DNA of 64,000 nt, from IMG/VR virus record IMGVR_UViG_3300010149_000008; one strand, written 5' to 3'. This DNA is from a virus (taxonomy: Duplodnaviria; Caudoviricetes). Shown here one piece after another: positions 37,224 to 43,783 of this stretch (its first letter is position 1; every line of letters starts with the position of its first letter). A program made the position numbers and the translations under genes. Under the pieces are notes generated by a model. It had not been told where the DNA came from. It did not search any database and worked only from the letters and a program-made list of their open reading frames with translations.

Positions 37224-37493
37224 TTACGGGTTCTCTGGGAAATGTTCCTCCTTTATATCTTGTGTTCGAACTTCACATTCATCTCGGAAGAGAACGTATC
37301 CGACTTCGTGATTTGTAACCTTGTCATTCGTCACCAAGATAAACGTATATCTTGTTTCGTCACCGTCTAGACCTCGATCTAGATCATCAGTCACTAATCG
37401 TTTCCCCTCTTTGATCGAGGTAAAAGGACCAAACAATTCTGTTGAATCAGTATATCCTCGTTGAGTAACTGTGATAAATATCTGATCTGTCAT
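37224..37493 (-). CDS. Hypothetical protein
   Basis: GAGG RBS, promoter 37542-37572. Confidence 0.65.
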   Translation of the reverse strand: MTDQIFITVTQRGYTDSTELFGPFTSIKEGKRLVTDDLDRGLDGDETRYTFILVTNDKVTNHEVGYVLFRDECEVRTQDIKEEHFPENP

Positions 37494-37607
37494 ATTAAAC
37501 CTCTCGTCGTATCGTTAATGATTGTTTGTCCTTACATCTATATTATACCACCGGTCCAAAACTATTTACACGTCGATGACGACGCTACTGGCCGTAGCCA
37601 CTGCGAA

Positions 37608-37997
37608 TTAGTAACCCATAACTTCGTTATAAGCATCGCATCCACCCATCATGCCAGCCTCCATCGCGATCTCACGACGCCAATCTTCCATCCACTCATC
37701 GTCATCAGCTGCATCATCTGCTTCACGGATTAACTTGACATCGTCAGTGTCCCATGGATGGAAGAGCATGTCGTAAACCATTGTTCCACTTGCAAGACGT
37801 CGCCCACAAAGCTTGTCCTCGTAATCGTCTCCTTCGTAAAACCAGATCGCATAACCTTCAGCTCTTAGCTTTTCGTCGCACATCGCGATCATCTCTTCTT
37901 CAGACATGTCACTCTCCTCAGAAAGGATCATCTCATCTGACCAGTCATCTTCGTTGCGAGGATCATTGTTGCTGCCTGTAATAAATAATGCTTTCAT
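37608..37997 (-). CDS. Hypothetical highly acidic protein
   Basis: AAGGA RBS; ends EAGMMGGCDAYNEVMGY. Confidence 0.7.
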   Translation of the reverse strand: MKALFITGSNNDPRNEDDWSDEMILSEESDMSEEEMIAMCDEKLRAEGYAIWFYEGDDYEDKLCGRRLASGTMVYDMLFHPWDTDDVKLIREADDAADDDEWMEDWRREIAMEAGMMGGCDAYNEVMGY

Positions 37998-38293
37998 ACT
38001 GTTTCCTTAATCGTTAAGTTGTAAAGTTAAATTGAGATTGAGACGCTTATCGGGTCATAGCCAAATAACGAATGCGATAAACGCGAGATAAGTGATAATA
38101 TCAGGTATCATATAAACTTCCAAGTGAAACCTCCTTACCGAGTGAATGGATTGTAGATATATATTGTTTGCCTTACATCTATATTATAGATTAAGATATA
38201 AATTATTTACACGTATCGTCACGACGCGACCAAGGCTGGTCACGCCAAGTCACCTTAGATCAGGTCACTTATCGAAGCTTCGCGACCAGAGGA

Positions 38294-39109
38294 TTAGCCC
38301 TCGTAAGTGCCAAAGAGATCTTCATCGCCATCTTCGTCGAATTGATCAGCGCCAAGTCCTTCACTCGCGAGGAAGTCTTCCCAGTCTTCAGGATTATCAG
38401 TTGTTGGAGGCTCAGCGTGAGCTGAACCACCGTCGTCGTAAGGATTCAGCTCGGATGCGCTAAGCTCTTGAACTTCATAGTTCTCATCAGTCTCGTCGCT
38501 CACTGGATCATCGCTCACTGGATCATCGCTAGGCTTTACTTCGTCTTTCGTCGCGATTACCTCGAGCTTTAGGGAATGAGGAGTACCTTTGAGAGGACTA
38601 ATCTTATCATCAAGCTCCTCATCTAAGATGTAATGGAGAGACTTAGGGCAGTCATAAGTAGATCCAACTGTTCGAACTTCGAAAGCTGCCATGTTCTTTT
38701 GTTCTTTGTTCTTTCCCGTCGTGACGCGAGGTCCCGCGTAGCGTATCCAAGCATGGCCGGCTTCTTCAGTCCAAGATCGATAATCAGCTGTATCAAAGCC
38801 TTCATCATCAAGTCGATCAAGAGTTAATGAAAGCTCATCATTTGAAACTTCCTGCCACTTAGCTCCTCTGCCGGCAAAACGAGCTTTCTGAACTGAACGC
38901 CAAGATGATCCATCGACAGCAGATGATCCTCGACCTGAACAGAGTGGCTTGATCTTGTCCTTGATAAGACGATCAATGTGACGCTTGAACTCTGTTACTT
39001 TTGGCGATCCACCTGCAGCAATAAAGTCGTTGAACAGGTTTTCGATTAAACTGTAATGATCCATAGGAGTCTCCTGGACTTGAGTTTGGGTTTGAGTTGC
39101 GTTAGACAT
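38294..39109 (-). CDS. GRG/AWIR paralogue family copy 4 with acidic tail
   Basis: GGSPKVTEFKRH, FAGRGAKW, GHAWIRYAGPR, FEVR, GTPHSLKLE; GGAG RBS, promoter 39150-39180. Confidence 0.8.
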   Translation of the reverse strand: MSNATQTQTQVQETPMDHYSLIENLFNDFIAAGGSPKVTEFKRHIDRLIKDKIKPLCSGRGSSAVDGSSWRSVQKARFAGRGAKWQEVSNDELSLTLDRLDDEGFDTADYRSWTEEAGHAWIRYAGPRVTTGKNKEQKNMAAFEVRTVGSTYDCPKSLHYILDEELDDKISPLKGTPHSLKLEVIATKDEVKPSDDPVSDDPVSDETDENYEVQELSASELNPYDDGGSAHAEPPTTDNPEDWEDFLASEGLGADQFDEDGDEDLFGTYEG

Positions 39110-39149
39110 GTTTTTCTCCTCAGAGATGATTGATTGGGGATGATGAGAT

Positions 39150-39180
39150 ATTATAAAACTGTTTAAACAAGTTATGCACG
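39150..39180 (-). promoter_or_regulatory. Early-type promoter with upstream CGACGAAGC
   Basis: CGTGCAT-N18-TATAAT; motif at 39190. Confidence 0.75.
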
Positions 39181-39644
39181 CCGATGACCCGACGAAGCCG
39201 AGGCTATAATCACCAGTACTTAATCAAAGCTACTGGTATAGCGAGCATAAACAACGATAACATTATCGGTATGAAGCCTTCCATGTTACTCCTTTCTTCA
39301 GATATATGTTGTGGGATGAGGTGTTGCCTTATATCTACATTATAGACTAAGGCCAAACTAGTTTACACGTGGCCCGACGAAGCGGACCGTGGTTAACTGA
39401 GATTATCTTTATCGATGCGGATCGGAACCTTTCCTACCCTACATCTTTATTATACCAAAACTGTCAGCACGTTACACGCCAGATCTCCTCCACCAGAACT
39501 TCTCACTACCTCAGCCCGACGTGTAAAAGGACTGATGTTCTGTGGATGATAACCTACATTGTCAAAGAATTCTTGGGAGGAGACCGGTTAAACCCCGATC
39601 ATCCAGTGGAACCACCTCTGGGTTCCTTTCCCTCCTTATGTTTT

Positions 39645-39675
39645 ATTATACAACAGTCTCGTCGAGAGATACACG
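39645..39675 (-). promoter_or_regulatory. Rightmost early-type promoter
   Basis: CGTGTAT-N18-TATAAT adjoining the GC-rich repeats. Confidence 0.7.
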
Positions 39676-39800
39676 TACGCCCCCTACGGGCCCCGGCCCT
39701 CTAAAGGGCCCCTCTAGAGCCCCCCTCTAGGAGCCCTCTGAAACTCAGTGTGCACGCCCGCGGGGGCCGGCTAAGTTAACTACCCGAAATTTCTTCGCGG
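39676..39800. repeat. GC-rich degenerate tandem repeats (CCCTCT[A/G]) at the strand-switch point
   Basis: GGCCCTCTAAAG-GGCCCCTCTAGAG-CCCCCCTCTAGGAG-CCCTCTGAAA followed by GCCCGCGGGGGCCGG. Confidence 0.7.
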
Positions 39801-39996
39801 GACTTTTCGAAAAAGTTTTAGGGTACACACTTGACCACACCATCTGAATATTTTGTGTATACGATTAAGTTGTGTAATACTATCAATGAGCGTTTGCGGC
39901 ACTTATTTGGAATAGTAATTTTTCAGTTTTGTGCAAAAAACTTCGGGAGAAATTTCCGAAAACTTTTACATTTTTATTGATAAATAAATTTAACTA

Positions 39997-40013
39997 ATAT
40001 TTATTATAGAAAG
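39997..40013 (+). promoter_or_regulatory. Candidate late promoter element
   Basis: ATATTTATTATAGAAAG, identical to 11821-11837 (minus). Confidence 0.55.
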
Positions 40014-40017
40014 AGTT

Positions 40018-40341
40018 TTGAATATGAGAATAACCGAGAGAAGATTGAGAAGACTGATAAGAAGTGTAATCAAAGAAACTGTTAGCGATTATCGTTTAAG
40101 CGTTGATTTTAGTCAAAAAGTTGAAAGTATGATTGACGAAGTTAAACCAGGGTTTATTAAAAATTGTCGAATGTTAAGAATTTTTGATGAAAGTGACTTA
40201 GATGATTATAAAGTTAGCGATTTTTTAAGAAAGTATTTAGGTGAGGTTATTCATCTTATGGGAGAAGAAACAGCCAAGAGGCGATTTGCCGGCAACTATC
40301 ATAGTGTTACTCAAGATTTTAAAAGATACTTGGGAATGTAA
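40018..40341 (+). CDS. Putative internal head protein
   Basis: MRITERRLRRLIRSVIKE leader; upstream ATATTTATTATAGAAAG. Confidence 0.65.
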   Translation: MNMRITERRLRRLIRSVIKETVSDYRLSVDFSQKVESMIDEVKPGFIKNCRMLRIFDESDLDDYKVSDFLRKYLGEVIHLMGEETAKRRFAGNYHSVTQDFKRYLGM

Positions 40342-40483
40342 AAGATCTTTGTGTGAGATCGAGAGAATATTTTTATCTCGAGCTGGGTGTCGCCTGTGTC
40401 ACGACGTTTATGTGCGTTTTGTGTTTTTTATTTTTTTTATGAAATATATAGTATGTGTATAAAAGAATGAATAGAGAAAAAAC

Positions 40484-41323
40484 ATGTTATTAAAAGAATA
40501 CGTTTCGTTTTACATAAAAGAAGCTATTTCACATAAAAAGATAAGTTTAGTTGTAAATGAGTTGAATAAAATAACTATGAATTATAGAGCTAGTAGTAGT
40601 AGCTATTCATTGTATTATGACTTAGTTAAAGTTGTTGACAAGTTTGGATTAAAAAAGCTAGGAGCAGGTGTTTCTAGAAAAGCATATTCTTTAGAAAACG
40701 AAGACTGGGTTTTAAAGTTTGCATATGGACATAATGACGTTGATTACTTAGACGCTTTAGACACAAACGCTGAAGAGGTAGAAATTAGTCAAGGGTTTCA
40801 TGGAATGGGATCTCGAGACATGTTTGTTAAAGTTTATGACTGGGATAAGTTGAGCGAGAAGCCTGCTTGGATAATTGCTCAAAAAGTAATAACATTGTCA
40901 GAAGCTTGGCGTACAATGACTTTTTTAGATCTGCAAAAAATATTTCCTACTTTTTGGAATGCTTTGTACAAAGATGCAAAAGAAAAGACATCAAAAAACT
41001 TTTTTTGTGATTTTGTTGCGGATACTATGTTTGAAATTAGTATTGAGTCTTCACTTCGTGGAAAAAATTCAAGTGGTTTAAAAGAAGAAGGTTTTTACAT
41101 AGCTATGAAAGAAGCTGCGATAAGCGAACTGAGTTTAATGCCTATTGAAGCCATCAGGTTTGACTTAGACTTTCTTAGAATTGCTCGAGCATGTGCATAC
41201 AGTAGACCTGATGATATGCACAGTGGCAATATAGGGATAATTCCTTCACGTGATGTTAGCCCAAAAGATATAGTTATATTAGATTATATGTTAGACTTTG
41301 GTTCAGATACTTATACAGTATAA
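40484..41323 (+). CDS. Protein-kinase-like fold protein, paralogue 1
   Basis: LGAGVSRKAY Gly loop, WVLK Lys, EEVE, DMHSGN catalytic loop, VILDY. Confidence 0.75.
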   Translation: MLLKEYVSFYIKEAISHKKISLVVNELNKITMNYRASSSSYSLYYDLVKVVDKFGLKKLGAGVSRKAYSLENEDWVLKFAYGHNDVDYLDALDTNAEEVEISQGFHGMGSRDMFVKVYDWDKLSEKPAWIIAQKVITLSEAWRTMTFLDLQKIFPTFWNALYKDAKEKTSKNFFCDFVADTMFEISIESSLRGKNSSGLKEEGFYIAMKEAAISELSLMPIEAIRFDLDFLRIARACAYSRPDDMHSGNIGIIPSRDVSPKDIVILDYMLDFGSDTYTV

Positions 41324-41379
41324 TTACTTATAATATTATATTATAAAATTTTAATAGACAGAAATAGGGAAAATAAAAA

Positions 41380-41973
41380 ATGGACAACAAAGAATTTAAA
41401 TTGTTAATTGAAGGTTTTGACAAGTTTTTGTTAAGTGAGCATATAGGTCATACAGCACAGCGTACAAAATTATTCGATGAAATTCCGAGTGAGTTTAAGC
41501 CTTATATAAATGACACAATGAGCTGGTATAATGGTGATGCATGGATGGCTGAAACTGATCATGATAGTTTAGACGAAGAAGAAGATGAAAAATTGCTTTT
41601 TGAAGAAGTAGCAAAAGCATGTGGCTGTAGTGTCAAAGATTTGCTAGTTCATTTTGTTGACAACTTTACTTACGAAATTGACTATGGTTCTTCAGCAGGT
41701 AGTGTTAACTCGCAAGACTTTTTAAACTCTTATAGATCAAATGGAACTTTATGTGGATCTTTTGAAATTGATGGAGTTTCTTTGAAAGGGTTTTATTTTA
41801 TGCTTGGAACAGATGAAACACAATTTGGAATACAATTTGATGGTGCTATGAGTAGTAGAAATTTAAAAGGACTGATTTTTGTTGCACCATCATGTTCAGG
41901 TTTAAGTTCACAACAAAAAAGTGTAGAGCCTAAAAAGCAATTTAAGTCTAGCCTAGGTGGAGCTTGGGGTTAA
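41380..41973 (+). CDS. Putative internal head protein with C-terminal FKSSLGGAWG tag
   Basis: FKLLIEGFDKFLLSE leader; ...GGAWG-stop. Confidence 0.7.
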   Translation: MDNKEFKLLIEGFDKFLLSEHIGHTAQRTKLFDEIPSEFKPYINDTMSWYNGDAWMAETDHDSLDEEEDEKLLFEEVAKACGCSVKDLLVHFVDNFTYEIDYGSSAGSVNSQDFLNSYRSNGTLCGSFEIDGVSLKGFYFMLGTDETQFGIQFDGAMSSRNLKGLIFVAPSCSGLSSQQKSVEPKKQFKSSLGGAWG

Positions 41974-42004
41974 TATATAATAATAGTAAAGGTGAACTTT
42001 TATT

Positions 42005-42817
42005 ATGATTTTAGAGAAATATGTTAAAAATTATTTAATAGAAAATCTTAAAATTGATGATATTTCTATAATTGACAGTGTTATTGAAAGATTAAATGAC
42101 GCCGGAAAAGTTCTTCTGGATGATTTATATTCTCAAGGTGATGAAAAGTACTATCATCATTACGCTTTCGAAGTTTTTGATAATGTTGCTTATTCAAATA
42201 GCCCTAAGCTTGAGGAATTAGGGAAAGGTGCTTTTCGAAGAGTATATTCAATACCAGGTGAAGAATGGGCATTGAAATTATCGTATAATACTGAAGCTGC
42301 AAAGATAAACAAGGAAGAAGTAAATATTAGTCAAGGAAAGCATGGTTTGGCAGCAAGAGATATTTTTATAAAAGTATACGACTATGATAAGTTGACTGAG
42401 TATCCTTGCTGGATTATATGCCAAAAAGTATTTCCGATGGAAGACATTGCTGATTTAAATATTTTAAAAAAAGTTTTTCCTACATTTTGGAACATGATCA
42501 AAGAAGGTGACATACACAAGACAGCGGGTCATCATTTTATCAGTATGATTAGTTCAGCATTAACTATGTTTGGTTATTATTTAAGCAAAAACAATCGAGA
42601 AACAAAAAAAGCTTTTTTCCAAGCAGTTGAAGATCTATGTGAAACATATGATTTCAATGATATTGTTTTCTATGATGACTTTAAAAGAATAAGTTCAGCG
42701 TACAATTATATCAGTACTACAGACATGCATGAAGGAAATTTTGGTTTAGTAAGTTTAATTAATCCAAGCCCAGAGTCTTTTGTTATTATAGACTTTGATG
42801 TAGATTCTCATGTTTGA
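42005..42817 (+). CDS. Protein-kinase-like fold protein, paralogue 2
   Basis: LGKGAFRRVY, WALK, EEVN, DMHEGN, VIIDFD. Confidence 0.78.
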   Translation: MILEKYVKNYLIENLKIDDISIIDSVIERLNDAGKVLLDDLYSQGDEKYYHHYAFEVFDNVAYSNSPKLEELGKGAFRRVYSIPGEEWALKLSYNTEAAKINKEEVNISQGKHGLAARDIFIKVYDYDKLTEYPCWIICQKVFPMEDIADLNILKKVFPTFWNMIKEGDIHKTAGHHFISMISSALTMFGYYLSKNNRETKKAFFQAVEDLCETYDFNDIVFYDDFKRISSAYNYISTTDMHEGNFGLVSLINPSPESFVIIDFDVDSHV

Positions 42818-42973
42818 TATTTCTGCTATTTAACTTTTCAATAGTTTTGTAGATATTTTCTATTTCACTTTCAGAAAAAGTTTTTCTATTAATTGCTTCT
42901 TGTAAAGTTCTAATTAAAATATTTATGCACGTTAATTCTGTTTGTGTAATTTCATATTTCATTATAACTTACC

Positions 42974-43783
42974 TTACCAGATGACTGCTATTCCAGTTTT
43001 AAAAATAATATCTGATTTTTTTATTTTTACTGCAGGTTCTGAGTCATGTAAATAAGCAAACGATGTATTTATTCCAAGCTTAAACAATTTTGATTTTAGT
43101 ATAGATGATCTTAGATTGACTTCGTTATTAACTCTATAGTCTTTATAATTTAACAATAACGGTTGATAATAAGATGTAATAGAGATAAAACTGCTGTTAT
43201 CATTTACAAAGCTTTTTATTATTGTCATGTATGAAGTAATTCTAGCATTCATTGTAGTTTCATAAGAAATTTGTTCATAATCTGACATTATACCTGTACC
43301 AAATGCAAATTTAAAAATTTTTGTTTTTGTAATTACTTTTTCAATTCTTATTCCAACGCCATTTAACTGACGCAAACTTAAGTCTTTAAACTCATCATAT
43401 TGAGTTTGAGTAAATATTTCATACCCTATGAAATTGTGAAGCATAATAGTATATCTAAAGTGAGAAAAAGCATTGTTTCTGTACAATATTTTGTCTTGAT
43501 ATCCTTTGCTAACTGAACTTTTTAATAAAATATGATGTTTATTATATTTATAGTGAAGATCTTTTTTTAATTCATAAGCCTGCGAATTAACGTTTCCTTT
43601 TTGTAGTTGAATTCCACAGTTTAAAGATCCATAAAAACCTTCTTTCTTTGCTTCTTCTCTAAAGCTTTCTATATTTACTTGAGAAAAAGAATTGTTTAAA
43701 TTAAACAAACAAACAAACATAATTGCTAAAAATTTTGTTTTCAAATTATTGTCTCCTTTAACTAAAAAGTATTTTATAAGCAT
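42974..43783 (-). CDS. Outer-membrane beta-barrel protein, DUF481-like
   Basis: Signal peptide then QVNIESFR, KGNV, HFRY, FTQTQYDEFKDLSLRQLNGVGIR, YYQP, DYRV; aromatic C-terminus (W). Confidence 0.72.
   Translation of the reverse strand: MLIKYFLVKGDNNLKTKFLAIMFVCLFNLNNSFSQVNIESFREEAKKEGFYGSLNCGIQLQKGNVNSQAYELKKDLHYKYNKHHILLKSSVSKGYQDKILYRNNAFSHFRYTIMLHNFIGYEIFTQTQYDEFKDLSLRQLNGVGIRIEKVITKTKIFKFAFGTGIMSDYEQISYETTMNARITSYMTIIKSFVNDNSSFISITSYYQPLLLNYKDYRVNNEVNLRSSILKSKLFKLGINTSFAYLHDSEPAVKIKKSDIIFKTGIAVIW

Noticed and set aside
38485-38530. 18-bp tandem repeat
   Set aside because: It encodes DDPVS(D) twice in a low-complexity acidic tail; ordinary slippage.
35232-39730. Plus-strand ORFs across the GC-rich block (35232, 35464, 35770, 36022, 36739, 37461, 37754, 38146, 38633, 39369, 39542)
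   Set aside because: They are antisense to promoter- and RBS-supported minus-strand genes or span promoters; higher GC lengthens spurious ORFs.
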